Below, in pieces: positions 1-11,740 of a stretch of DNA of 64,000 nt. Positions within the stretch are counted from its first letter, which is position 1, and each line of letters begins with the position of its first letter. The DNA is from Octopus sinensis (taxonomy: Eukaryota): positions 9,238,001-9,302,000 of the forward strand of contig NC_043024.1 in the NCBI RefSeq assembly GCF_006345805.1. The letters run 5' to 3'. Below the pieces are notes generated by a model. The model did no database searches, was not told the origin of the DNA, and saw nothing but the letters and a program-made list of their open reading frames with translations. The position numbers and the translations under genes were made by a program.

Positions 1-4
1 TGCA

Positions 5-233
5 TTGTTTTAGCCTTCAAATGACGCCACCCCACTGGCTAAGCGAGCAGGCCAACAGAAGAAAGAGTGGTGAAAGAGTACAGCAGGGATCGCCATCAAC
101 CCCTGCTGGAGCCTCGTGGAACTTTAGGTGTTTTCGCTCAATAAACACTCACAATGCCTGATCTGGGAATCGAAACCGCGATCCAATGACCGTGAATCCG
201 CTGCCCTAACCACTGGGCCATTGCGCCTCCACA
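5..233 (-). mobile_element. tRNA-derived SINE, family A (partial body)
   Basis: Minus strand starts TGTGGAGGCGCAATGGCCCAGTGG (A box) with GGTTTCGATTCC (B box); same family at 262-634, 12952-13335, 49404-49638. Confidence 0.85.
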
Positions 234-261
234 TATATTATACTTTATTAATCATGGCACT

Positions 262-634
262 ATCAGTTGTGATGATGAGGGTTCCAGTTGATTCAATCAA
301 CGGAACAGCCTGCTCGTGAAATTAACGTGTAAGTGGCTGAGCACTCCACAGACATGTGTACCCTTAACGTAGTTCTCGGGGAGATTCAGCATGACACAGA
401 GTGTGACAAGGCCGGCCCTTTGAAATACAGGTACAACAGAAACAGGAAGAAAGAGTGAGAGACAGTTGTGGTGAAAGAGTACAGCAGGGGTCGCCACCAC
501 CCCCTGCCAAAGCCTCGTAGAGCTTTAGGTGTTTTTGCTCAATAAACACTGACAATGTCTGATCTGGGAATTGAAACCGCTATCCTACGACTGCAAGTCC
601 ACTGCTCTAACCACTGGGCCATTGCACCTCCACA
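262..634 (-). mobile_element. tRNA-derived SINE, family A
   Basis: Reverse complement aligns along its length to the plus-strand copy at 12952-13335. Confidence 0.85.
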
Positions 635-1499
635 CTTTAATAAAGCTGCAAAGACATCACATAAGCTGTTACTCAGAGTTTCATGTTCTCGTTCAGACAG
701 TTTTGGCTGAGAATGGAACAAAAATAAGGATATATGTATAAATATACTATTACACTGATAGATACACGTTTCCCATTTGAAATTGGTTTTTTTTCATTGG
801 TCCTTTCAACTAATGGTCTTTTCAATAAATGGTTCTATGAAATTAAAATTATGATTTAAAATCTTTTAAAATTGAAGAAAATCTTATTTTAAATATGATT
901 TTAAATAGTAATTTTAATTTCATATAACCAGTTATTGAAAAGACTTAGTTGAAAGGACCAATGAAACAAAACCATTTACAAATGTGTATCTATCAATGTA
1001 ATTGTATATTAATGCATATAATCTTATTTTTGATCAGCCTCCACATGGAGTTATTGACCTCCCATAATGTTGCATGGAGATATCAACCTTCTATAGTGCT
1101 ATATGTTAATATTGGTCTCCCATGGGCCCACATGGAAATATCAATCTCCAAAAGAGCCACATGAAACATCAGTCTTCAGTAGTGTGACATGGAGATATCA
1201 GTCTCTCTGATGCTATACATGAGGACATTGACCTTCCATGGCGCCACATGGCAATATATATATGTGTGTGTGTGTGTGTATATATATATATGTGTATATA
1301 TATCAACCATAGTGCCACAAACAGTAACACTGCTACAGAGAGACTAAACACTAATTGAATTTAATGTGTCAGCTGACAGCATTTCAAGCAGGAATTTAGG
1401 CCAACCAATGACCCTTTCACCTTTCAACAAACCCACAACTACAGGCACCACTTGAGAATGGTAATTACAGAGATCTGAAGGAACAGTGTCTCCCTTTGA

Positions 1500-1603
1500 T
1501 CACAGAATTAAATTCATCTTATTATCAATGTGTAGACTCTTAGCTGTTTGCTGGGCTGTGAAAGGACTGCTGCTGTGGCTGCTGCTGCTACAAACTGTCA
1601 ACC
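1500..1603 (-). CDS. Candidate terminal coding exon of an unidentified host gene (G-LTVCSSSSHSSSPFTAQQTAKSLHIDNKMNLIL*)
   Basis: Minus-strand acceptor TTTAGTATTTTCAG at 1604-1617 in non-repetitive sequence; only one frame stays open and its phase matches the candidate exon at 7139-7185; no homology recognised. Confidence 0.25.
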
Positions 1604-1749
1604 CTGAAAATACTAAACAGACTTCTGCTCCAAATCCACATCATTCAACAGCAATAACAAACATCTTTTATATAATTGTGGGATTCTTTACCCAACATTC
1701 CAATCTATGGAATATTTTGAAAACAGGTTAAAACAAAAACATGAAAAAA

Positions 1750-2016
1750 TATCTATTTCTTTATTGCTCACAAGGGGCTAAACACAGAGAGGACAAACAA
1801 GGACAGACAAATGGATTAAGTCGATTATATCGAACCCAGTGCGTAACTGGTACTTAATTTATCGACCCCAGTGCATAACTGGTACTTAATTTATCGACCC
1901 CGAAAGGATGAAAGGCAAAGTCGACCTCGGCGGAATTTGAACTCAGAACATAAAGGCAGACGAAATATGGCTATGCATTTCGCCCAGCGTGCTAACGATT
2001 CTGCCAGCTCGCCGCC
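1750..2016 (-). mobile_element. tRNA-derived SINE, family B
   Basis: Minus strand begins GGCGGCGAGCTGGCAGAATCG with B-box-like GAGTTCAAATTCC; recurs at 6356-6928, 16656-16893, 22425-22640, 27868-28088. Confidence 0.85.
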
Positions 2017-2133
2017 AAAAATATTTTCATCCCTTTTTAACATGAAGTTTGAGAGGGAGGTAGTTACTATTTCTAGCAGTTGGGCAACCACATAGAGACT
2101 TCTTCATTGGCTCAAGAGACACTGGATCTCAGC

Positions 2134-2173
<40 letters not shown>

Positions 2174-2369
2174 GCTAAGCAACCTGTTGCCTGCCTCTTT
2201 TATTTATATATATATTATATTAGGGAATTCGTGGTAATTAGTCTATATTTTCGATATGGATTATATATAGGTTATATATGGATTATATACTTATATTTTT
2301 TCATTTATACTTTAATTATTTAAAAGTATTATTTTTATATTTTAAAATTTGATTTTTTAGATTGGAAGT

Positions 2370-2412
2370 CCACCTGAAGATTGTCGATCAAGACAAGAAA
2401 CGATTGTAGTGG
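2370..2412 (+). ncRNA. Minimal type I hammerhead ribozyme motif (Penelope-like repeat remnant)
   Basis: ccac-CTGAAGA-ttgtc(gatcaa)gacaa-GAAA-c(gatt)g-TA-gtgg: canonical core, 5-bp stem II, short stem III, GUA cleavage triplet, 4-bp stem I. Confidence 0.7.
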
Positions 2413-2498
2413 CGGTTTTTTTTGACTATTTATTAATTTAATGTATTGATTAAGTCTTTCCTTGTTTGTTTTGCAAAATAGTGGTTTTGTCTCAAATA

Positions 2499-2542
<44 letters not shown>

Positions 2543-2560
2543 TATATTATATTATATTAT

Positions 2561-3185
2561 ATTATATAAAATCCGTTCTGTCTGTCTGTCTGTGTGTCTT
2601 CTAAGATCTCAGGCATCCTCCATCCGATTGCACTCAAATTTGATATGTAGTTACTGACGGTATCAGGGCGTGTATAAGACTTGAAAAAATTACAAAAACC
2701 GATTCCAAGTGAGAATGCGGTCGATAAAGCCGTGGGAATGTGCATTTGTATGCGCAAGTACATCAGCTGTTGCGATTGATACTACACGTATGCGAGAAAA
2801 CTGCACGTGCAGTTTGCGCAAAAAAGCCGGCTGGCTTGAAATAATGCCACAAAATGCAGTATATTTAAGAGACCAAAAAAGTAAGATGCAAAAGAGATAT
2901 TTTCTTCAAACTTGGCATGAAGGAAGGAAAGACTATCATAACAGCCTTATCATTACTGGTACTTTAAACTCTTCGGTTGCATATTTGTGTGAATAAAATT
3001 GCATTTCTTTGGAATACAAAAAAAGTCTATCTTTATTTCTTCTTTTACTGGTATCTCAAATTTAGGTTAAATTAGTGTTTCTCAAAGGGGAGGCCTAGGG
3101 GACAGTCAGACAAGTTGTTTTGAGAAAATTTGGTTTAAATGTTTGACAACTCAGCACCGTCCATTGGACGGGGTTGTTTTGCTCG
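2561..3185 (+). mobile_element. Non-autonomous Helitron-like element, copy 1
   Basis: 5' TATATAAAA plus (TCTG)n, 3' hairpin CCGTCCA-T-TGGACGG (3157-3171) then CTCG|T; homologous copy on minus strand at 54348-55050. Confidence 0.65.
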
Positions 3186-3439
3186 TATACATATAAATAC
3201 ACCTGTGTGTAAAGGCTCCAAGGAAGTTATAATGTGGTGCACAGACACTCAGCTTTGAATGCACTATTTCCCAAAGCAGAAACAGCTGTAAGCCATTGAA
3301 GTTGCTTACATAATTCATATTCCCTTGTCATTTCTTTATTTCATATCATGCCCTGTACTCAACCAAACACTTTATTCTGAAGAATATCTATACAGGTTAT
3401 TAGTATTGAAATGCCCAAGAAAAATCTTGTGTGTGTGTG

Positions 3440-4375
3440 TTAGTTAGTTAGTTAATTTATTGGCTCAAAAAGCAAAAAGCAAGGCCATGTAGGGGAACAT
3501 GGAGTTATGTACAGGGTGTTGTTCATGCAAAGAGTTCAGGCCATTTGTGGTCAAGGGAGACTTTGAACTGAGTGGTCGTCGGCATCTTCACTATCTCATC
3601 CGGCAGCTTATTCCACGGATCCGCAACCCGGACGGAGAAAGCCCCTCTCCTTCGATTGAGATGAAATCGTCGCAGATAGAGCTTTTCGGAGTGACCCCGC
3701 AGCCGACGCTCTGGAGTAGGAGTGAAGAACAGCTCTTTCGAGAGGTTACACTTTCTGCTTATGATGTTGTGAGGCCATGTAGGGGGACATGGAGTTATGT
3801 ACGGGGAAGGTGTTCATGCAAAGAGTCCAGGCCATTTGTGGTCAAGAGAGACTTTGAACCGAGCGGTCGTCAGCATCTTCACCATCTCGTCTGGCAGCTT
3901 ATTCCACAGATCCGCAACCCGGACGGAGAAAGCCCCTCTCCTTCGATTGAGATGAAATCATCGTAGATAGAGCTTTTCGGAGTGACCCCGCAGCCGACGC
4001 TCTGGAGCAGGAGTGAAGAACAGCTCTTTCGAGAGGTTACACTTTCCGCTTATGATGTTGTGAGGCCATGTAGGGAGACATGGAATTATGTACGGGGAAG
4101 GTGTTCATGCAAAGAGTCCAGGCCATTTGTGGTCAAGAGAGACTTTGAACCGAGCGGTCGTCAGCATCTTCACCATCTCGTCTGGCAGCTTATTCCACGG
4201 ATCCGCAACCCGGACGGAGAAAGCCCCTCTCCTTCGATTGAGATGAAATCATCGTAGATAGAGCTTTTCGGAGTGACCCCGCAGCCGACGCTCTGGAGTA
4301 GGAGTGAAGAACAGCTCTTTCGAGAGGTTACAATTTCCGCTTATGATGTTGTGAGCGAGAATGAGATCATCACGG
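3440..4375 (-). mobile_element. CR1-clade LINE 3' fragment with a ~291-bp segment triplicated in tandem
   Basis: Same sequence as 11741-12205 (RGHSEKLYLRRFHL...DQKWPELFA); units start at 3483, 3773, 4064; (TAAC)n tail at 3440-3455. Confidence 0.85.
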
Positions 4376-4569
4376 TGTGTGTGTGTGAGAATTTATTTCT
4401 AATCCACAATTTGAAACTGAACAAATGAAATCAGTGGCAGAGATTGAACCGCAATATTTCTATGATTATGATTGTAAAATTATTGATTACCATTTAATTA
4501 TCGTTAATCTAACAACTGCTGACAATATACTAACACCTTCAAATAGCAAATACGTTGGTAGGAGCAGTG

Positions 4570-6020
4570 ATCATAGCAGAAGTGCTGATGTTGGTGTTGG
4601 TGGTGGTGGTGGTGGTGTTAGTGATGGTTGTGGTATTGGTGGTGGTGGTGATGATGTTAGGGGTTGTGACTGTGTTGGTGATGGTGGTGGTGCTAGTGAT
4701 GGTTGTGGTATTGGTGGTGGTGGTGATGTGGTGGTTGTGACTGTGTCGGTGATGGTGGTGTGTGGTGATAGTGATGGTTGTGGTATTGGTGTGGTGGTGG
4801 TGATGTGGTGGTGTGACTGTGTCGGTGATGGTGGTGGTGCTAGTGATGGTTGTGGTATTGGTGTGGTGATGTGGTGGTGGTGATGTGGTGTGGTGGTGAT
4901 GTGGTGGTTGTGACTGTGTCGGTGATGGTGGTGGTGTTAGTGATGGTTGTGGTATTGGTGGTGGTGGTGATGTGGTGGTTGTGACTGTGTCGGTGATGGT
5001 GGTGGTGGTGATGTGGTGGTTGTGACTGTGTCGGTGATGGTGGTGGTGCTAGTGATGGTTGTGATATTGGTGGTGATGTGGTGGTGGTGATGTGGTGGTT
5101 GTGACTGTGTCGGTGATGGTGGTGGTGCTAGTGATGGTTGTGGTATTGGTGGTGGTGATGATGTTAGGGGTTGTGACTGTGTTGGTGATGGTGGTGGTGG
5201 TGTTAGTAATGGTTGTGGTATTGGTGGTGGTGGTGATGTTAGGGGTTGTGACTGTGTTGGTGATGGTGGTGGTGGTGTTAGTAATGGTTGTGGTATTGGT
5301 GGTGATGTGGTGGTGGTGATGTGGTGGTTGTGACTGTGTTGGTGATGGTGGTGGTGCTAGTGATGGTTGTGGTATTGGTGGTGGTGATGATGTTAGGGGT
5401 TGTGACTGTGTTGGTGATGGTGGTGGTGGTGTTAGTAATGGTTTGTGTATTGGTGGTGGTGTGATGTTAGGGGTTGTGACTGTGTTGGTGATGGTGGTGG
5501 TGGTGTAGTAATGGTTGTGGTATTGGTGGTGTGTGTGGTGGTGATGTGGTGGTTGTGACTGTGTCGGTGATGGTGGTGGTGCTAGTGATGGTTGTGGTAT
5601 TGGTGGTGGTGGTGATGTGGTGGTTGTGACTGTGTCGGTGATGGTGGTGGTGCTAGTGATGGTTGTGGTATTGGTGGTGGTGGTGATGTGGTGGTTGTGA
5701 CTGTGTCGGTGATGGTGGTGGTGCTAGTGATGGTTGTGGTATTGGTGGTGATGTGGTGGTGGTGATGTGGTGGTTGTGACTGTGTCGGTGATGGTGGTGG
5801 TGTTAGTAATGGTTGTGGTATTGGTGGTGGTGGTGATGTGGTGGTTGTGACTGTGTCGGTGATGGTGGTGGTGTTAGTGATGGTTGTGGTATTGGTGGTG
5901 GTGGTGATGTGGTGGTTGTGACTGTGTTGGTGATGGTGGTGGTGTTAGTAATGGTTGTGGTATTGGTGGTGGTGGTGATGTTAGGGGTTGTGACTGTGTT
6001 GGTGATGATGGTGTGGTGTT
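4570..6020. repeat. GGT-rich compound minisatellite, ~70-bp unit, roughly 20 degenerate copies
   Basis: Recurrent TTGTGACTGTGTCGGTGATGG...CTAGTGATGGTTGTGGTATTGG; measured spacing 5624 to 5695 = 71 bp. Confidence 0.9.
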
Positions 6021-6355
6021 GTTGGTGCTAGTATTATTGTTGGAATCTATAATTCACAGGTTTCTCAACTTCTTCACTGGGGTTCTATATGGTTGCACCA
6101 TGTGCTAGAAATAACAGCCAAGTCTATCTCAGCTCATAATTTGCTGTATTAGAAATGGACAAGTTGCAGAATGCAATCTCCAGTTCCCTGTGTATAGAGA
6201 AAAGACAAGATGGTTGCAATTAAGATGCATTTTTCCATCATAAACCTGCTGAGCCAGAGTTGATCTAGGATTAAAGATTAACAGAAACTACAGAATTTGG
6301 GCTTCAAAGAATCTGGTTTGTCTTTGACAAAATTAACCCCTAACTTCTCACTACA

Positions 6356-6928
6356 CATACCTATTTCTTTACTACCCACAAGGGGCTAAACACAGAGAGG
6401 ACAAACGAGGACAGACAAATGGATTAAGTCGATTAAATCGACCCCAAAAGTATGGAGGGCAAAGTCAACCTCGGCGGAATTTGAACTCAGAATGTAGCGG
6501 CAGACAAAATACCTATTTCTTTACTACCCACAAGGGACTAAACACAGAGGGGACAAACAAGGACAGACAAACGGATTAAGTCGATTATATCGACCCCAGT
6601 GCATAACTGGTACTTATTTAATCGACCCCGAAAGGATGAAAGGCAAAGTCGACCTCAGTGGAATTTGAACTCAGAATGTAGCGGCAGACGAAATACCTAT
6701 TTCATTACTACCTACAAGGGGCTACACACAGAGGGGACAAACAAGGACAGACAAACGGATTAAGTCGATTATATCGACCCCAGTGCGTAACTGGTACTTA
6801 TTTAATCGACCCCGAAAGGATGAAAGGCAAAGTTGACCTTGGTGGAATTTGAACTCGGAACGTAACGGCAGATGAAATACCACTAAGCATTTCACCTGGT
6901 GTGCTAACGATTCTGCCAGCTAGCCGCC
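6356..6928 (-). mobile_element. Family B SINE with its 3' body in three tandem copies
   Basis: TATTTC(T/A)TTACTACC restarts at 6362, 6514, 6698; single tRNA head at 6900-6928. Confidence 0.85.
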
Positions 6929-7138
6929 TTTGGCCAAGGAGAAAATGTCACCAGGGATTATAAAGAAGCAGCTGTTTGGGCCACAACAGGTGAGTGTGGC
7001 ATTAATATGGTGGCACCACAAGTCCTCAGTAGATGACAGAAATATGAAGGACCAGAGCCAAAGTACCTGCAGGCTTTGCAGACAATAACTAAACTGCTGG
7101 TCCAACATTTGTTCCGGGAATCATATTCCCCTACTTAC

Positions 7139-7185
7139 CACTGAAAGTCCCTGTCAATGACTCAAGACACAGGGTCCTTGTAGAC
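7139..7185 (-). CDS. Candidate internal 47-nt exon (STRTLCLESLTGTFS) of an unidentified host gene
   Basis: Minus strand GATTTCAG|...CAGTG|GTAAGT: acceptor plus consensus donor; one open frame, ending in the phase required by the 1500-1603 exon. Confidence 0.25.
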
Positions 7186-7832
7186 CTGAAATCTTGTGAT
7201 GGGGGTAAACCGTAAGGATCAATTGTCAAAGACTGAAAAACTAAAATTTTGGTTTCGTTCACGTTCCTGGTTTCTAGAAAGATCTGACAGGTAAGCACCT
7301 GACAGGTAACAACAGATGCCTTGAAATAATCAACTGAAATTTAATTAATTACAACATCTCTAGAAACTGAACAATTTATTTGTCTGTCACACACCTGAAT
7401 GAACATACAGTTATACCATACCACACACACATACAAACACCCCATACAAATATACAAACACATACATGCACCATAACACCCACCCCACTCCCTATACTCC
7501 CTCACGTCAACTTAACGAGAAATTAAGATTGCTAAAACAGGTTACATCAGGGTAGTGGTGGTGGTGTGATGATGATGATGATGATGACAGGTGAGGTAGT
7601 ACATAGTGAATTGAGGGTAGCATTGACAGCGGTGGTGGTGGTGGTGGTATAGATGATGGAAATAGCTAATAGTGGTGGCAGCGGTATACACAATAGTGAT
7701 AGAGACTGTGGTAGGGGTAATGATGGTGGTTTCAAACCAACTGGTTCTGTGTTCAATCTTAAGGTACCATTCAGAAAAAAAACTGTTAAAAGAAATGTTA
7801 ACCAAAAAAACCCAAAAAACAAACCATTAATG

Positions 7833-8185
7833 CAGGCGCAGGAGTGGCTGTGTGGTAAGTAGCTTGCTAACCAACCACATGGTTCCGGGTTCAGTCCCAC
7901 TGCTTGGCATCTTGGGCAAGTGTATTCTGCTATAGCCCCGGGCCGACCAATGCCTTGTGAGTGGATTTGGTAGACGGAAACTGAAAGAAGCCTGTCATAT
8001 ATATATATGTATGTGTGTGTTTGTGTGTCTGTGTTTGTCCCTCTGGCATCGCTTGACAACCGATGCTGGTGTGTTTATGTCTCCGTCACTTAGCAGTTCG
8101 GCAAAAGAAACCGATAGAATAAGTACTGGTCTTACAAAGAATAAGGCCCGGGGTCGATAGCTCGACTAAAGGCGGTGCTCCAGCA
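7833..8185 (+). mobile_element. tRNA-derived SINE, family C
   Basis: CAGGAGTGGCTGTGTGG (A box), GGTTCAGTCCC (B box), CTTGGGCAAG, internal TA/TG microsatellite; many other copies in window. Confidence 0.85.
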
Positions 8186-9639
8186 GTTGAACCGTCCAAC
8201 CCATGCTAGCATGGAAAGCGGATGTTAAACGATGATGATGATGATATATATATACACATACACACATATATATATGTATGTATGTGTGTGTGTGTACTGT
8301 AATTTAACTAACAGAGTAGTCCTTAGAACGTTTCATGGGGGTTCAAAACAACTCTACTACAGATATGCAAACAATCTCAATATATACAGCATGTAAAAAG
8401 TATTCATGCTGGTGCCATGTAAAAAAGCGCCCAGTACACTTTGTAAAGTGGTTGGCGTTAGGAAGGGCATCCAGCCGTAGCTTCCCAGACCCCAGTTGAA
8501 CCGTCCAACCCATGCCAGCATGGAAAACGGACGTTAAATGATGATGATGATGATGATATTGCTCATCATCTCTTTTTAACCAAATTTAGTGGATTAAAAA
8601 CACAAAAACACAGAGTCCAATGCCATCTCTTAAGGATTGACCAACCAACCAACTTAATAACTTGGCACAAACAGAAGACAATAAACCTTTTTAACCAGTT
8701 CTATGATACGGAGTGGTTGGCGTTAGGAAGGGCATCCAGCTGTAGAAACATTGCCAGATCTGACTGGGCCTGGTGCAGCCTTCGGGCTCCCCAGACCCTA
8801 GTTGAACCGTCCAACCCATGCTAGCATGGAAAGCGGACACTAAACGATGATGATATATATATATATATAAAACCATCCGAACGTGGCCGTAGCCAGTACC
8901 GCATCGACTGGCCTCCGTGCTGTGGGCACGCAACAAACACCCATCCGTCGTGGCCGTTCGCCAGCCTCATCTGGCACCTGTGTCGGTGGCACATAAAAAC
9001 ACCATCCGAAGACCCGGCAAGACTGTCAGGCCATAACCCGTGGCCCCTACCTGGGACGTAGTCAGTCCACCTGTGCATACCTTCCTTCTTGTGACACTTG
9101 TGAAGACCTGTTGAGGCAAGTGAAAATCAAATCAAATCAAAACAAATCAAAATAGATGAACATCAATGGAATTTGTATCTTTGTGGTACCAGTGCCGGTG
9201 GCACACAAGAAAATCATCCGAACGTGGCCGTAGCCAGTACCGCATAGACTGGCCTCCGTGCTTTGGGGACGTAACAAACACCATCCGATCGTGGCCGTCC
9301 GCCAGCCTCATCTGGCACCTGTGTCAGTGGCACATAAAAACACCATCCGAGCGTGGCCGTCTGCCAGCCTCGTCTGGCACCTGTGTCGGGGCACATAAAA
9401 ACACCATCCGAGCGTGGCCGTTCGCCAGCCTTGTCTGGCACCTGTGTCGGTGGCACATAAAATCACCCACTACACTCTCGGAGTGGTTGGCGTTAGGAAG
9501 GGCATCCAGCTGTAGAAACACTGCCAGATCTGACTGGCCTGGTGCAGCCTTCGGGCTCCCCAGACCCCAGTTGAACCGTCCAACCCATGCTAGCATGGAA
9601 AACGGACGCTAAATGATGATGATGATGATGATGATATAT

Positions 9640-9688
<49 letters not shown>

Positions 9689-9935
9689 TATATATTGTAT
9701 ATTGGATTTATTAACAAGCACAGGTGTGGCTGTGTGATAAGAAGCTTGCTTCCCAACTTAGGAGAGTCTGATGAGGGTTCAGGAGTAGGGAAGGGCTATG
9801 ATTAATATGCGAGGGCATTGAGACCAGACTGGAGCCTGGTGCAGCCTCCTGGCTTCCCAGACCCCGGTTGAACCGTCCAACCCATGCCAGCATGGAAAGC
9901 GGACGTTAAACGATGATGATGATGATGATGATGAT
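8186..9935 (+). mobile_element. Cluster of family D interspersed repeats with (ATG)n tails
   Basis: Repeated GTGGTTGGCGTTAGGAAGGGCATCCAGC and GAACCGTCCAACCCATGCTAGCATGGAAA...(GAT)n ends near 8245, 8555, 8850, 9633, 9935; internal ~55-60 bp GGCAC repeats at 8870-9470. Confidence 0.8.
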
Positions 9936-10524
9936 GCTGAACAGTCTTCTGTCAAATTACTAATTATAGTCTTGGAATAAAATGAAATTCAGTTTGAGTA
10001 AGACATTTATAAAGAACCAAACGCATACAGACAAGCACACACAACACACAAAAACACACTCTCACCAAAACATACATACGCACACATACATACATACATA
10101 CACCAAAATAGACACATATGATGGAGAAGAAGAAGGCTATAATTATCTCTCCTCTGACTCGTGTTTTGCCAGAATCTCTTGAATCATCTTTATATAGAGC
10201 CTGTGTCAGGTGAGTTCAGGTTTGACTTCAATTCCAACTAGGTTCTCTTGCCTTTAAGCATTAGAACACATCCACCAGCTAAGTGGTGTACCTCGCTAAT
10301 TAGGAGCAGGCAGAGAGAGAGAAAGAGAGAGAGAGAGAGGCGGGGGGGGGAGAAAAATTAATTAAAACAGAATTTATTATGTGATAAGAATTTCGGAGCC
10401 AGAAAAAGAGATGCCACACTTTTGACACTCGCGAACTCCGAACAGAAACGGAAAAATGGTACATAAAGATGGAACACACAGACCGAAGATGTGAAAATTT
10501 CACTGGATGTAGAAAGTAGATTTA

Positions 10525-11310
10525 TCCATCATCATCATCATTTAACATCTTTTCATGCTGGCAATGGTTTGGACAGTGTGATAGGAGCTGGGTAGTCAGA
10601 CGACTGCACAAACCCATGGTGTCAGTTCTGGCATGCTTCATATGGTTGGATGCCCTTCCTAATGCCAACCACTTTACAGAGTGTCCTGGGTGCCTTATAC
10701 ATGGCACTGGCGTGGGTGCCCTCTTACATGGTGTCAGCACAGGTGCCTTCTATGTGGGACTGGCACAAGTGCCTTTTATGTGGGACTGGCACAGGTGCCT
10801 GACACTGGCATGGGTGCCTTTTATGTGGGAGTGGCACAGGTGCCTTTTGTGGGACTGGCACAGGTGCCTTTTATGTGGGACTGGCACAGGTGCCTTTCAT
10901 GTGGGACTGGCACAGGTGCCTTTTATGTGGGACTGGCACAGGTGCCATTTATGTGAGACTGGCACAGGTGCCTTTTATGTGGGACAGGCACAGGTGCCTT
11001 TTATATGGGACCAGCACAGGTGCCTTTTATGTGACACTAGCACAGGTGCCTTTTATGTGGCACTAGCACAGGTGTCTTTTAAGTGTGACTGGCACAGGTG
11101 CCTTTTATGTGGGACTGGCACAGGTGCCTTTTATGTGAGACTGGCACAGGTGCCTTTTATGTGAGACTGGCACAGGTGTCTTTTATGTGGGACTGGCACA
11201 GGTGCCTTTTATGTGGCACAAACATGGGTGCTTTATACGTGGCACAAACATGGATGCTTTGTACCTGACACCAACACAGGTGATTTTTATGAGGCACCAG
11301 CACAGGAAAT
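10525..11310 (-). mobile_element. Family D repeat carrying an expanded 26-bp minisatellite
   Basis: (ATC)n tail near 10525; unit GGCACAGGTGCCTTTTATGTGGGACT repeated about 20 times in 10730-11300. Confidence 0.8.
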
Positions 11311-11740
11311 TTCCCTAAATTTAATATTTATGGCACCAAGGCAATGAACTGGTTCAGTGGTTAGTGTACCAGAGAGCCTTCTTTGTAGGATCAGTTCTAG
11401 CTCTTGGCACCTTGCTGGGGTTTGAACCCTCTGCTTTTCAACCTGTTAGTGGGGAGTGTGGCGTTGATTAAGAAAACACCAATGCTTGACAGAAGACTCG
11501 TTAGAGTTGGATTATTTGTTTTGTGCTTGGTACCTGTTCCATTTGTGTTCTGAGTTCAAATCCTGCCCCTTGTTATCGTCTACCTTCTATGGCAAGGACA
11601 CATCAGGAAGCAGGTGGTTGGATCAGGACATAGCTCGCAGTGAATGACCTCCAGTGCTTGTACTTGCAGCAGAATTCAGCCGGGATGGGTTGAGCCAGGT
11701 ACAACCAACAAATTTACCATGTCCCTCACAAATGCTGACT

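Noticed and set aside
4425-5319. Gly/Val-rich ORFs resembling structural proteins
   Set aside because: Translations of a GGT minisatellite; no splice or start context
7277-7310. Plus-strand 13-nt microexon (TTTCTAG|AAAGATCTGACAG|GTAAGC) and other plus-strand donors near 6990 and 10210
   Set aside because: No coherent reading frame links them; not supportable without RNA data
10616-11164. 182-aa Cys/Trp-rich repeat ORF
   Set aside because: Product of the 26-bp minisatellite cycling through frames
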